Of a DNA stretch of 64,000 bases, positions 40,503 to 53,844 are shown piece after piece; the stretch's first letter is position 1; every line of letters begins with the position of its first letter. The DNA comes from Ranitomeya imitator (Eukaryota), in assembly GCF_032444005.1 (NCBI RefSeq), contig NC_091289.1:13392001-13456000 (forward strand), in the 5' to 3' direction. The notes below the pieces were generated by a model. That model did not search any database. It saw nothing but the letters and a program-made list of their open reading frames with translations, and was not told the origin of the DNA. The translations under genes and the position numbers were made by a program.

Positions 40503-41162
40503 ATTCTCCCTGCTGGGAGAAGAAGAGAGAGCAGTGGAGATAGCAGCGCGGTATGTGAGCGAATGTCATAGACTGCGAGAAAGAGAACTATGATGCCATG
40601 GGCTATAGCCCCCACCCTGGATCTGCCCCCATCCACCTCCCCTATGCCATGGACTATAGCCCCCACCCTGGATCTGCCCCCATCCACCTCCCCTATGCCA
40701 TGGACTTTAGCCCCTACCCTGGATCTGCCCCCATCCACCTCCCCTATGCCATGGACTATAGCCCCCACCCTGGATCTGCCCCCATCCACCTCCCCTATGC
40801 CATGGACTATAGCCCCTACCCTGGATCTGCCCCCATCCACCTCCCCTATGCCATGGACTTTAGCCCCCACCCTGGATCTGCCCCCATCCACCTCCCCTAT
40901 GCCATGGACTATAGCCCCTACCCTGGATCTGCCCCCATCCACCTCCCCTATGCCATGGACTATAGCCCCCACCCTGGATCTGCCCCCATCCACCTCCCCT
41001 ATGCCATGGACTATAGCCCCTACACTGGATCTGCCCCCATCCACCTTCCCTACAGCTCCTACCCAACATCCCCACAGTCCCTATCCCTATTGCCTTTATA
41101 CACTTGCTTTGGCAAAACTGATGTGTATCTGGTCCTGCCAATAAAGCTTCTTTGAATTTTAA
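40503..41162 (+). mobile_element. 5'-truncated non-LTR retrotransposon 3' end containing a 51-bp VNTR (about 40596..41050, about 9 copies)
   Basis: Reads ..SLLGEEERAVEIAARYVSECHRLREREL* (like an ORF2 C-terminus), then 3'UTR, GCCAATAAAGC and a TTTGAATTT tail. Clade not determined. Confidence 0.6.
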
Positions 41163-41590
41163 ATCATATATACCAGGATTGGAAACATATATATCAGGAT
41201 GGGCATATATATATATATATATATATCAGGATGGGAGACATATATCAGCATGGGAGACATATATATCAGGATGGGGGACATATGTATCGGGGTGGGAGAC
41301 ATATATACCAGGATGGGGGACATATATATCAGGATGGGAGACATGTATACCAGGATGGGGGACATATATATCAGGATGGGAGACATATATATCAGGATGG
41401 GGGACATATATACCAGGAAGGGGGACATATATATCAGGATGGGGGACATATATATCAGGATGGGAGACATATATACCAGGATGGGGGACATATATACCAG
41501 GAAGGGGGACATATATACCAGGATGGGGGACATATATACCAGGAAGGGGGACATATATATCAGAATGGGAGACATATATTAGGATGGGAG

Positions 41591-42114
41591 TGTGTCAGCA
41601 GTTCCTGCAAGATGAAGGCATTGAAGCTATGGACTGGCCCGCCCGTTCCCCAGACCTAAATCCGATTGAGCACATCTGGGACATCATGTCTCGCACCATC
41701 CACAAGCGTCACGTTGCACCACAGACTGTCCAGGAGTCGGCGGATGCTTTAGTCCAGGTCTGGTAGGAGATCCCTCAGGAGACCATCCACCGCCTCATCA
41801 GGAGCATGCTCAGGCGTTGTACAGTAGGGAGGTCATACAGGCACGTGGAGGCCACACACACTACTGAGCATCTTTTCATGAGGCATTTCCACTGAAGTTG
41901 GATCGGCCTGTAATTTGATTTTCCACTTTGATTTTGAGCATCATTCCAAATCCAGACCTTCGTGGGATTTTCATTTTGAATTACATAATTGTTATGTTTT
42001 ATTGTTCTGAACACATTCCACTATGCAATGAATAAAAATTTGCAACTGGAATATTTCATTCAGAGATATCTAGGATGAGGGATTTTAATGTTCCCTTTAT
42101 TTTTTTGAGCAGTG
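41591..42114 (+). mobile_element. Tc1 3' fragment of a different family
   Basis: [30 protein letters not shown], right end TTTTTTGAGCAGTG-TA. Confidence 0.88.
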
Positions 42115-42559
42115 TATATATCAGGATGGGAGACATATATAATATATGTCATTTAAGCAGCGATTAGGGGAAGGCAGCTGCCTAGGGCCCCCACTCACCC
42201 AGGGGCCCTCAGCTAGTGGAACATCATGCAGCCGCTATGGGGCCCCTGTGAGGCAGGGGGCCTACCTGCCTCCAGTGCTGACTCCCCCGCCGCCGCATTG
42301 AACTATACCGGCGTCTGCCGCTACAGTTCAAAGCAATGATGGAGGAGAGAACATCAGCTGACGCTCCCTCTCCCATCATTCCCCGCTCTACCTCTGACAA
42401 TGCGGGTGCGCGATGACATCATCGCACACTGTGTGCCAGGCAGTGCAGCTGCCAAGACAGGAGCAGGGAGCAGCACGGCGTGGACACGAGGAGAGGTGAG
42501 GAGTTGTTTTTTTTTACTATAACAGTGAATACTGGACTGTGGGGCCACTCTCGGGGGGA

Positions 42560-45500
42560 TGCGGGCTGTGTTATATACTACGTGGTTGCTATATACTACA
42601 TGGCTGTGTTATATACTACGTGGCTGTGTTATATACTACATGGCTGTGCTATATGCTACGTGGGCTGTGCTATATGCTACATGGGCTGTGCTATATGCTA
42701 CATGGGCTGTGCTATATACTATGTGGGCTGTGCTATATACTACGTGGTTGTGCTATATGCTACATGGGCTGTGCTATATACTACTTGGCTGTGCTATATA
42801 CAACTTGTCTATGCTATATACTACGTGGCCTTGCTATATACTATGTGGCTGTTCTATATACTACGTGGCTGTGCTATATACTATGTGGCTGTGCTATATA
42901 CTATGTGGCTGTGCTATATACTACATGGCTGGGCTATATACTATGTGGCTGTGCTATACACTACGTGGGCTGTGGTATATGCTACGTGGGCTATGCTATA
43001 TGCTACATGGGCTGTGCTATATACTACTAGGCTGTGCTATATACTACTTTGCTGTGCTATATATGATGTTGTTGTGCTATATACTATGTGGTTGTGCTAT
43101 ATGCTGCATGGGCTGTGCTATATACTACTTGGCTGTGCTCTATACTTGGCTGTGCTATACACTATGTGGGCTGTGCAATATGCTACGTGGGCTGTTATAT
43201 ACTACATGGCTATGCTATATGCTACGTGGATGTGCTATATGCTATGTGGCTGTGTTATGTACTACTTGGCTGTGCTATATACTATGTGGGCTATGCTATA
43301 TACGATGTGGTTGTGCTATATACTACGTGGCTGTGCTATATACTACGTGGCTGTGCTATATACTACGTGGCTGTGATATACATTATGTGGGCTGTTATGT
43401 GCCATGTGGGCTATGCTATATACTAATTGGCTGTGCTATATACTACGTGGGCTGTGCTATATACTATGTGGCTGTGCTATATGCTACATGGGCGGTGCTA
43501 TATACTGCTTGGCTGTGCTATATACTACTTGGCTGTGCTATATACTACTTGGCTGTGCTATATACTATGTGGCTGTGCTATATACTACGTGACTGTGCTA
43601 TACACTATGTGGCTGTGCTATATACTATGTGGCAGTGCTATATACTATGTGGCAGTGCTATATACTATGTGGCTGTGCTATACACTACGTGGCTGTGCTA
43701 TACACTATGTGGGCTGTGCTATACACTACGTGGGCTGTGCTATATACTACATGGCTATGCTATATGCTACGTGGGCTGTGCTATATGCTACATGGGCTGT
43801 GCTATATACTACTTGGCTGTGCTATATACTACGTGGGCTGTGCTACATACTACGTGGCTGTGCTATATGCTACATGGGCTGTGCTATATACTACTTGGCT
43901 ATGCTATATACTACGTGGGCTGTGCTATATACTACATGGCTGTGCTATATGCTGCATGGACTGTGCTATATACTATTTGGCTGTACTATATACTATCTGG
44001 GCTGTGCTATATACTACGTGGCTGTGCTATATGCTACATGGGCTGTGCTATATACTTGGCTGTGCTACATACAACGTGGTTGTGCTATATACTTCATGGC
44101 TGTGCTACATACTATGTGGCTGTGCTATATACAACCTGGCTGTGCTATATACTATGTGGCTGTGCTATATACTACGTGGCTGTGCTATATACTACATGGC
44201 TGTGCTATATACTATGTGGCTGTGCTATACACTACATGGGCTGTGTTATATGCTACATGGGCTGTGCTATATACTACATGGCTGTGCTATATGCTACATG
44301 GGCTGTGCTATATACTACTTGGCTGTGCTACATACTACTTGGCTGTGCTATATACGATGTGGTTGTGCTATATACGATGTGGCTGTGCTATATGCTACAT
44401 GGGCTGTGCTATATACTACTTGGCTGTGCTATATATGACGTGGTTGTGCTATATGCTACGTGGCTGTGCTATATACTACGTGGCTGTGCTGTACACTACG
44501 TGGGCTGTGCTATATGCTATGTGGGCTGTTATATGCTACGTGGGCTGTTATATTCTACATGACTGTGCTATATGCTACGTGTATGTGCTATATGCTGCGT
44601 GGCTGTGTTATATACTATGTGGCTGTATTATATACTACTTGGCTGTGCTATATACTATGTGGGCTGTGCTATATATGACATGGTTGTGCTATATTCGACG
44701 TGGCTGTTATATATTACTTGGCTGTGCTATATACGATGTGGTTGTGCTATATACTACGTGGCTGTGCTATATACTACTTGGCTGTGCTATATACTACGTG
44801 GCTGTGCTATATGCTACATGGGCTGTGCTATATGCTACATGGGCTGTGCTATATACTACTTGGCTGTGCTATATACTACGTGGCTGTGCTATATACTACG
44901 TGGCTGTGCTATAAGCTACATGGGCTGTGCTATATACTACTTGGCTGTGCTATATACAACTTGGCTGTGCTATATACTATGTGGCTGTGCTCTATACTAC
45001 GTGGGCTGTGCTATAAACTACATGGCTGTGCTATTTACAACGTGGCTGTGCTGTATACTATGTGGCTGTGCTATATACTACGTGGCTGTGCTATACACTA
45101 TGTGGCTGTGCTATACACTATGTGGCTGTGCTATATACTATGTGGCAGTGCTATATACTATGTGCCTGTGCTATATACTACGTAGCTGTGCTTTACACTA
45201 TGTGGGCTGTGCTATATACTACATGGCTGTACTACGTGGCTGTGCTATACACTATGTGGGCTGTGCTATATACTACATGGCTGTACTACGTGGCTGTGCT
45301 ATACACTACGTGAGCTGTTATATGCTACGTGGGCTGTGCTATATACTACATGGGTGCGCTATATGCTACGTGGGCTGTGCTATATGCTACATGGGCTGTG
45401 CTATATACTACTTGGCTGTGCTACATACTACGTGGACTGTGCTATATACTACGTGTCTGTGTTATATGCTACATGGGCTGTGCTATATACTACTTGGCTG

Positions 45501-46515
45501 TGCTATATACTACTTGGCTGTGCTATATACTATGTGGCTGTGCTATATGCTACATGGGCTGTGCTATATACTACTTGGGTGTGCTACATACTACGTGGAC
45601 TGTGCTATATACTACGTGTCTGTTATATGCTACATGGGCTGTGCTATATACTACTTGGCTGTGCTATATACTACTTGGCTGTGCTCTATACAACGTGGGC
45701 TGTTATATACTACGTGAGCTGTGTTATATACTACGTGGGCTGTGTTATATACGTCGCTGTGCTGTATACTATGTGGGCTGTGCTCTATACTACATGGGCT
45801 GTGCTATATACTACGTGGCTGTGCTATTTATGACGTGGCTGTGCTATATACTATGTGGCTGTGCTATACACTACGTGGCTGTGCTATATACTATGTGGCA
45901 GTGCTATATACTACGTGGCTGTGCTATATACTACGTGGCTGCTATACACTACGTGGACTGTGCTATATAATACATGGCGGTACTACATGGCTGTGCTATA
46001 CACTACGTGGGCTGTTATATGATACTTGAGCTGTGCTATATACTACATGGCTGTGTTATATACTACATGGGCTGTGCTATATACTATGTGGCTGTGCTAT
46101 ACACTACGTGGCTGTGCTATATACTATGTGGCTGTGCTATATACTATGTGGGCTGTGCTATATACTACGTGGGCTGTGTTATATACTACGTGGGCTGAGA
46201 TATATACATGGCTGTGCTTTATTCTTCGTGGGCTGTGCTATGTATTACGTGGGCTGTGTTATATACTACGTGGCTGTGCTATTACTATGTGGGCTGTGTT
46301 ATATGCTACGTTGGCTGTGTTATATACTTTGTGGCTGTGCTATATACTATGTGGGCTGTGTTATATGCTACGTAGCTGTGCTATATACTACGTGAGCTGT
46401 TATATACTACGTGGGCTGTGCTATATACTACATCAGCTGTTATATACTAAGTGGCTGTGCTATATACCACGTTGGGTGTGCTATATACTACGTGACTGTT
46501 ATATACTACGCGGGC
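42560..46515. repeat. 20/21-bp minisatellite (GGCTGTGCTATATACTA(C/T)(G/A/T)T), about 190 copies
   Basis: Continuous periodic array. A hAT-like right end (GGTTCCTCACCCCT) follows at about 46631-46644. Confidence 0.95.
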
Positions 46516-46644
46516 TACATCCATACACCAGTGCCGGAGACAGGCCATACTTTGTGGGTGGAGTTAGTGCACAATTTGTATGGCCCCCGAAGGATGGTAT
46601 AAATAACCAAACGGCCCTTGGCAGAAAGAAGGTTCCTCACCCCT

Positions 46645-48280
46645 ACTGTATATAGTGGGCTATGTGGGGGCTCACACTGTATATAGTGGGCTATGTGGGG
46701 GCTCATACTGTATATAGTGGTCTATGTGGGGGCTCACACTGTATATAGTGGTCTATGTGGGGGCTCACACTGTATATAGTGGTCTATGTGGGGGCTCATA
46801 CTGTATATAGTGGGCTATGTGGGGGCTCATACTGTATATAGTGGGCTATGTGGGGGCTCATACTGTATATAGTGGGCTATGTGGGGGCTTACACTGTATA
46901 TAGTGGGCTATGTGGGGGCTCACACTGTATATAGTGGGCTATGTGGGGGCTCACACTGTATATAGTGGGCTATGTGGGGGCTCACACTGTATATAGTGGG
47001 CTATGTGGGGGCTCATACTGTATATAGTGGGCTATGTGGGGGCTCATACTGTATATAGTGGGCTATGTGGGGGCTCACACTATATATAGTGGGCTATGTG
47101 GGGACTCATACTGTATAGTGGGCTATGTGGGGGCTCATACTGTATATAGTGGGCTGTGTGGGGGCTCATACTGTATATAGTGGGCTATGTGGGGGCTCAT
47201 ACTGTATATAGTGGGCTATGTGGGGGCTCACACTGTATATAGTGGGCTATGTGGGTCTCACACTGTATATAGTGGGCTATGTGGGGACTCACACTGTATA
47301 TAGTGGGCTATGTGGGGGCTCATACTGTATACAGTGGGCTATGTGGGGGCTCATACTGTATATAGTGGGCTATGTGGGGGCTCACACTGTATATAGAGGG
47401 GCTATGTGGGGGCTCATACTGTATATAGGGGGCTATGCAGGGGTTTCACTGTATATAGAGGCTATGTGGGGTTCCCTCTGTACCAGTCTGTCATTGTTAG
47501 TCTTGTTTACTGTAAGTGATATTTGTATTTTGATGTAACCCCTTCTCATGTACAGCACCATGGAATTAATGGTGCTATATAAATAAATAATAATAATAAT
47601 ATGTGGGGTTAATACTGTACATAGGAGGCTATGTGGGGGCTCATACTGTATTTAGTGGGATGTGTAGGGGCCCACACTGTAAATAGGGGGCTATGTGGGA
47701 CTCATACTTTATAAAGAAGGGCTATGTGGGGGCTTGTACTGTATATAGTGGGCTATGTGGGGGCTCATACTGTATATAGTGGTCTATGTGGGGGCTCATA
47801 CTGTATACAGGAGGGTATAGGGGGCTCATACTGTATACAGGAGGGTATATGGGGCTCATACTGTATATAGGGGGCTACGTAGGGGCTTCACTGTATATAG
47901 AGGCTATATGGGGTTAATACTGTATATAGGAGGCTATGTAGGATCTCATACTGTATTTAGCAGGATATGTGGGGGCCCACACTGTAAATAGGGGACTATG
48001 TGGGACTCATACTGCTTATAGGATATTTGGGGGCTCATACTGTACATAGTGGCTGTGTGGGGGCTAATGTATACAGTGAGGCAATGTGGGGATCATACTG
48101 TATTTAGGGAGGCTATGTGGAGGCTTACACTGTATATAGGGGCTCATACTATATATTTGAAGCTACAGTATGTGGGGGCTCATATTGCATATAGGAGGCT
48201 CATACTGTATACAGAAGGCTATGTGGGGGTTCATACGATATATAGGGGACTAGGTGAGTCCCATACTGTATATAGGACTT
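46645..48280. repeat. 31-bp minisatellite (TATAGTGGGCTATGTGGGGGCTCA(T/C)ACTGTA), degenerate after 47600
   Basis: 31-nt period, e.g. 46801 and 46832. Confidence 0.93.
47478..47598 (+). mobile_element. LINE (L2-like) 3' tail
   Basis: TGTACAGCACCATGGAATTAATGGTGCTATATAAATAAATAATAATAAT: stem-loop plus simple-repeat tail. Confidence 0.6.
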
Positions 48281-48299
48281 ATGCTGCACGACCAGCTCT

Positions 48300-48485
48300 A
48301 TCCTCACCTACTGTATCCTCACCCATCCCTTGTAGATTGTGAGCCCTCGCGGGCAGGGTCCTCTCTCCTCCTGTACCAGTTATTACTTGTATTGTTCAAG
48401 ATTATTGTACTTGTTTTAAGTAAAGCTCCATGGAATAAATGGTGCTATAATAATAGTAATATGATATTATTATTATTATTAATAA
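48300..48485 (+). mobile_element. LINE (L2-like) 3' tail
   Basis: TTGTAGATTGTGAGCCCTCGCGGGCAGGG...CCATGGAATAAATGGTGCTATAATAAT, same family as 47478. Confidence 0.6.
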
Positions 48486-48504
48486 TTTCCACCTAGCTTT
48501 AAAA

Positions 48505-50212
48505 TCTATATATAATCGTCTAAGGGGTACTTCCGTCTTTCTGTCTGTCCTTCTGTCTGTCCTGGATATTCATTGGTCGCGGCCTCTGTCTGTCAAGGAA
48601 TCCAAGTCGCTGATTGGTCTCGCCAGCTGCCTGTCATGGCTGCCGCGACCAATCAGCGACGGCCACAGTCCGATTAGTCCTTCCCTAGTCTCCTGCAATC
48701 AGCGCCCGGCGCCCGCTCCATATTCCCCGCAGTCACTGCTCACACAGGGTTAATGCCAACGGTAACGGAACGCGTTATGCCGAGGGTAACTCACTCCGTT
48801 ACCGCCGCTATTAACCCTGTGTGACCAAGTTTTTACTATTGATGCTGCCTATTCAGCGTCAACAGTAAAAATATCTAATGTTAAAAATAATTTAAAAAAT
48901 AAAAAATCATCATATACTCACCGTCCACCGCCTTTCCCGCTCCTGGCTACGCTCCGGTGACCGCTCCATGTAAGCGGCAGCTTCCGGTGGCAAGAATGGT
49001 ATGGGAGAAGGACCTGCCATGACGTCACGGTCATGTGACCGAACTACAAGGGGCCCTCGGAAGGTGAGTATATGTTTATCTTTTAACCTGTGACATACGT
49101 AACTGGGCAATATACTATGTGGCTGGGCAATATACTACGTGGCTGGGCAATATACTACGTGACTGGGCAATATACTACGTGACTGGGCAATATACTACAT
49201 GACTGGGCAATATACTACGTGGCTGGGCAATATACTACATGACTGGGCAATATACTACGTGGCTGGGCAATATACTACGTGGCTGGGCAATATACTACGT
49301 GGCTGGGCAATATACTACATGACTGGGCAATATACTACGTGACTGGGCAATATACTACGTGGCTGGGCAATATACTACATGACTGGGCAATATACTACAT
49401 GACTGGGCAATATACTACGTGGCTGGGCAATATACTACATGGCTGGGCAATATACTACGTGGCTGGGCAATATACTACGTGGCTGGGCAATATACTACGT
49501 GGCTGGGCAATAAACTACGTGGCTGGGCAATATACTACGTGACTGTGCAATATACTATGTCACTGGGCAATATACTACGTGACTGGGCAATATACTACGT
49601 GGCTGGGCAATATACTACGTGGCTGGGCAATATACTACGTGGCTGGGCAATATACTACGTGACTGGGCAATATACTACGTGGCTGGGCAATATACTACGT
49701 GGCTGGGCAATATACTACGTGGCTGGGCAATATACTACGTGGCTGGGCAATAAACTACGTGACTGGGCAATATACTACGTGGCTGGGCAATATACTACGT
49801 GGCTGGGCAATATACTACATGACTGGGCAATATACTACGTGACTGTGCAATATACTTCGTGACTGGGCAATATACTACGTGGCTGGGCAATATACTACGT
49901 GGCTGGGCAATATACTACGTGGCTGGGCAATATACTACATGACTGGGCAATATACTACGTGACTGTGCAATATACTTCGTGACTGGGCAATATACTACGT
50001 GACTGTGCAATATACTTCGTGGCTGGGCAATATACTTCGTGACTGGGCAATATACTATGTGGCTGGGCAATATACTACGTGGCTGGGCAATATACTACGT
50101 GGCTGGGCAATAAACTACGTGGCTGGGCAATATACTATGTGGCAGGGCGATATACTACGTGGACATGCATATTCTAGAATACCCAATGTGTTAGAATCGG
50201 GCCACCATCTAG
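48505..50212 (+). mobile_element. Non-autonomous Helitron, 1708 bp
   Basis: Sits between A and T with no TSD. 5' TC(TATATATA), 3' imperfect hairpin CCCAAT..ATCGGG then CCACCAT-CTAG. Confidence 0.85.
49100..50160. repeat. 20-bp minisatellite inside the Helitron (GGCTGGGCAATATACTACGT), about 53 copies
   Basis: Exact 20-nt period. Confidence 0.97.
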
Positions 50213-51082
50213 TAATATATATATATATATATGTAACTTGTAATAGAAAATGCATTTTGCAGCAGGTAGCTCCGCTCAGTCACCTGTCATTATCACAGAT
50301 GTAGCAGAGGTGAGTTTGGCATTTGTTTCATCTCATAGTGATTCTAGAACATATTATCTGTGGTTTTACATAGGACTGCAGGTAAATCTGCTACATTATA
50401 TCAGTAAGTTACTGTCGTGTCCAAAACAAACTAATAAACGACAAATTCATACAAGAACAATTTGCACATCTCAGGATTTTACATAGGACTGCAAGAAATC
50501 TACACTGAAAGCCTTAGTGACTATACACAGCGATGGGTGACACACTCGGCTCTGCTACATCTGTGTTCCCAGCTCATTCCTGTAGTTTGGTAATTTCCCC
50601 CAGATCCTTCTCCCCAGACAGGGTGGGTGTGTGCCAGGACCCCCCACATATAAAGTGCCAGCATGTGATCGTCGGTGCCAAGTTCAGGACCCCCCTCCAG
50701 CTGCAGATCACGTGGGGGGCGCTCTGTGTTACTTGCACCAAATTACCCCCCCTCTATCTCCAGCCCGGCTGAGCGCAGACCCCCCGAATAAATCTCCATC
50801 TGTCCCCTGAAACCTCCTCTTCTTGTCCAGACTCTGACCCCTCCGGATCGCCCCCGGTAAATCCCCGTAAATCGCCCCCCAGTAGCATGCCTCCCCACCG
50901 CTAGGGCTCCGGCGGGCCGGGGATGCACTGATCAATCCGGGGATTTCAGGGTTAATAAAGCCGAAATCGGCGTCGGTTTCCGTGCAGGTCGGCAGAGGGG
51001 GGTCCTGGGTGCAGGATGCACCGGAGATCCCGGTCCTGGACGGTCCCGGTTTGCAGAAAATGGCGCAGAATTGAGCGGGAAG

Positions 51083-51154
51083 AAACACAAGTTGTGGGGA
51101 AGTGGCGCTGGGAGCTGTTGTTGTTCTCAACGTGGTCCGCTCCCTACGTATAAA
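51083..51154 (+). promoter_or_regulatory. H1-type promoter of H1-10 copy 2
   Basis: AAACACA 51083-51089, TCAACGTGGTCC 51127-51138, TATAAA 51149-51154, Inr-like TCAGT at 51180. Confidence 0.8.
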
Positions 51155-51216
51155 GGAGGCGGGGAAGGGGGGCCGGGGATCAGTGTGATCGGCAGCAGCG
51201 GAGAGATCGCAGAATA

Positions 51217-51768
51217 ATGGCGCAGCAAGAAGTCGCACCGGCAACCCCCAGCAAAAAAGCCAAAGCGGCAGCCGGGGGCAGCGCCAAGAAGTCCGGCGGC
51301 AAAAAGAAGAACCAGCCGGGCAGGTACAGCCAACTGGTGGTGGACACCATCCGCAAACTGGGCGAGAGGAACGGCTCCTCCCTGGCCAAGATCTACGGCG
51401 AGGCCAAGAACGTGTCCTGGTTCGACCAGCAGAACGGCCGCACCTACCTGAAGTACTCGGTGAAGGCGCTGGTGCAGAACGACACCCTGCTGCAGGTGAA
51501 GGGGGTCGGGGCCAACGGCTCCTTCCGCCTCAACAAGAAGAAGCTGGAGGTGCTGGCGGTGCCCCGGAGGAAGACCCCCAAACCGGCAGCGGCGGCCAAG
51601 AAGCCGGCGGCTGCCGCCAAGAAGCCGGCGGCTCCGAAGAAGAGCCCCAAGAAGGCGAAGCCGGCCCCCAAAAAGAGCAGCAAGAGCCCCAAAAAGGCGA
51701 CCGGCAGCCGGGCCGGCAAGGCGAAGAAGGCGAGCAAGCCCAAAGGGCTGAAGGCCAAGAAATCCTAG
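51217..51768 (+). CDS. H1.10-like linker histone paralogue, 183 aa, with basic tails resembling canonical H1
   Basis: Globular domain identical to H1-10 copy 1, N-tail [15 protein letters not shown]-tail with KPAAAAK repeats and two SPKK motifs. Intact ORF and promoter. Confidence 0.95.
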   Translation: MAQQEVAPATPSKKAKAAAGGSAKKSGGKKKNQPGRYSQLVVDTIRKLGERNGSSLAKIYGEAKNVSWFDQQNGRTYLKYSVKALVQNDTLLQVKGVGANGSFRLNKKKLEVLAVPRRKTPKPAAAAKKPAAAAKKPAAPKKSPKKAKPAPKKSSKSPKKATGSRAGKAKKASKPKGLKAKKS

Positions 51769-52069
51769 ACTTTCCGAGGAAGGCGAGAAACCCCAGAATG
51801 TCCGGACCCCTCCCTCCTTCCCCCGCGTTCTATTTGTTTATCTTTCCGGATGAACTTGATACTTTGTTGCTATTTTTTTTTTCCTCTTGACGCTTTCGGT
51901 CCAGAGACTGAGACCTAGCGCTTCTTCTCCTGTGCAGGGTGTAAAGGGTTAACCCTGCTGACACTTTATTTTTCTTTTAAGAGTTTGACTTATTATCGTT
52001 TGCATGTGACACAACTTTTTGTTCTACGGTTTGTAGAATGTTTGCTTATTATTTTTTATATAATTTTTT

Positions 52070-52075
52070 AATAAA
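52070..52075 (+). terminator. Candidate polyadenylation signal of H1-10 copy 2
   Basis: AATAAA about 300 nt after the stop, followed by TTTGTTTGTTTTTT. No stem-loop. Confidence 0.7.
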
Positions 52076-52127
52076 ACCACAAATGATGAGGATTTTGGGT
52101 TTGTTTGTTTTTTTGCTGGTTTCTTAT

Positions 52128-52332
52128 GGGTATGTGTTCACGTTCAGGATTGCATCAGTATTTGGTCAGTATTGTACATCATTATTTGTAAGCCAAAATC
52201 GGGAGTGGAACAATTAGAGGAAAAGTATAATAGAAACATATGCACCACTTCTGTATTTATCACCCACTCCTGGTTTTGGCTACAAATACTGATGGAAAAT
52301 CCTGATGCAATCCTGAACGTGGACACATACCC
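52128..52332. mobile_element. PIF/Harbinger-like MITE
   Basis: TIR GGGTATGTGTTCACGTTCAGGATTGCATCAG / CTGATGCAATCCTGAACGTGGACACATACCC. Interior related to 53845..54059. Confidence 0.75.
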
Positions 52333-53057
52333 TTATTATAGTTGGGTAGGGGGTAGTTGAGACACGTTTAAAGCCAGGTCCGTATTGAATCCGTACTTTA
52401 CATCAGTATTTGTAAGCAAAAATCAGGAGTAGAACAATCTGGAAAAGTATAATAGAAGCATATCAGCACTTAAGTATTTATCACCCACTCCTGGCTTACA
52501 AATTCTGATTATAAAATACAGAAGGTTCTAATCTTACCAGATTTGGGAAAACTACAACTCCCAGCATTTCCTTTGCAGTGTGGGAGTTGGTGTTTTATCC
52601 CAGGTCTTGTGTTCTGGTCAATAAATGTGCAGGTTTCCTCATGTTGGGGAGTGCAGAATATCCGGAAATTACTGGGTGTAGCATTGGGACAATTAATGTA
52701 TTTTCAAGGGTTTGTGTTGTATAACACAATTCTGCAGTAACCGTTATTGCAGCTTCTGAATATTCCCCTTCCCCCTTCAGCAGGGCTGGCACTGAGCACA
52801 GGGAGGATTTGCCTTGTGAATCCTTATAAAGCACAAATCCTGCACTGGGGGATTCAGAAGTCTACAGTCAGTGACTGCAAACTTCTCACTTTAGACCAAA
52901 CAACCCTTTTAAGTTCTTTTAGTTTCATCTCTTTGTAACCATTATATTGGAGGAAACAGTATTTATTTTTTTTTAAAATGAGGTTTTCACTTTTTTAAAA
53001 ACAAATGGAGATAAATCCTTTCCCATAAGGTTAAAAAAAAAGTCTCCAGTTCTCTAA

Positions 53058-53354
53058 AGCTGTGTGCACGTTCTGGATTTTTTTTGTGCTAAAAATGCTT
53101 AAAATACACATACATACGCATTCCGCAATTTTTGTACATATGTTGTGTTTTATTCTGTGAAAATGGCACAGCATGTTCATTAATTTTGCGGATTTCCCAC
53201 TATATTATTGCATCCCAAAACATCCTAAAAAAAAAAAAAACAAAACGTGAGAAATACGCAAAAAAAAACAAAAAACGCATGCGGACTTCTCGCAGAAAAT
53301 GTCCAGTTTTGTTCAGGAAATTTCTGCACGAAATCCTGACGTGTGCACGTAGCC
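53058..53354. mobile_element. PIF/Harbinger-like MITE (decayed)
   Basis: TAA flanks, imperfect TIR around GTGCAC. Confidence 0.55.
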
Positions 53355-53844
53355 TAAGTGTGAAGTCACGTCTTGCACACGGCTGCAGCCAATCGCTTTG
53401 CTGATGTAGAGGGCATGAACTCTTGTGCTCAGTGACTAGCTGCAGCGGTGGAAGATCCCAGAGATGACAGAGGGTGAGAACTTCTTGGCATTGTGTACAC
53501 AAAGTATTTTTTTGTTTTCAGGCAGATTGCAATAATAATGCTGAAAGTGCACCATTAAAAAAAAAAAATTATTGCACAGTAATGTCAAATCCAATTTGCT
53601 GGTGCAAGTTCTATTTTGTGTCATTTCTTTTAACCACTTACGGTATGGAATCCATGACGTGGTTAACAGAAGAGACACATTCGTCTTAGAGGAAGCCGCC
53701 CTCTCGCTGTAAGTGACCGTATACTGTATGCATGGAAGTCTGCTTCATCTGGCATCTTCAAAAGTGTGTTTTACATGGACCCCCCCACCCGATTAGTTGC
53801 AGCGCCCCACACATGTGAGGTCGCTTCATACAAGTTAACTGTAA

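Noticed and set aside
42480-46655. ORFs up to 667 aa rich in C/Y/A/L/W
   Set aside because: 20/21-bp minisatellite translation in all frames.
51217-51768. Calling copy 2 a canonical H1, H1.0 or a pseudogene
   Set aside because: The globular domain is unambiguously H1x-type ([25 protein letters not shown]), and the ORF, promoter and polyA signal are intact.
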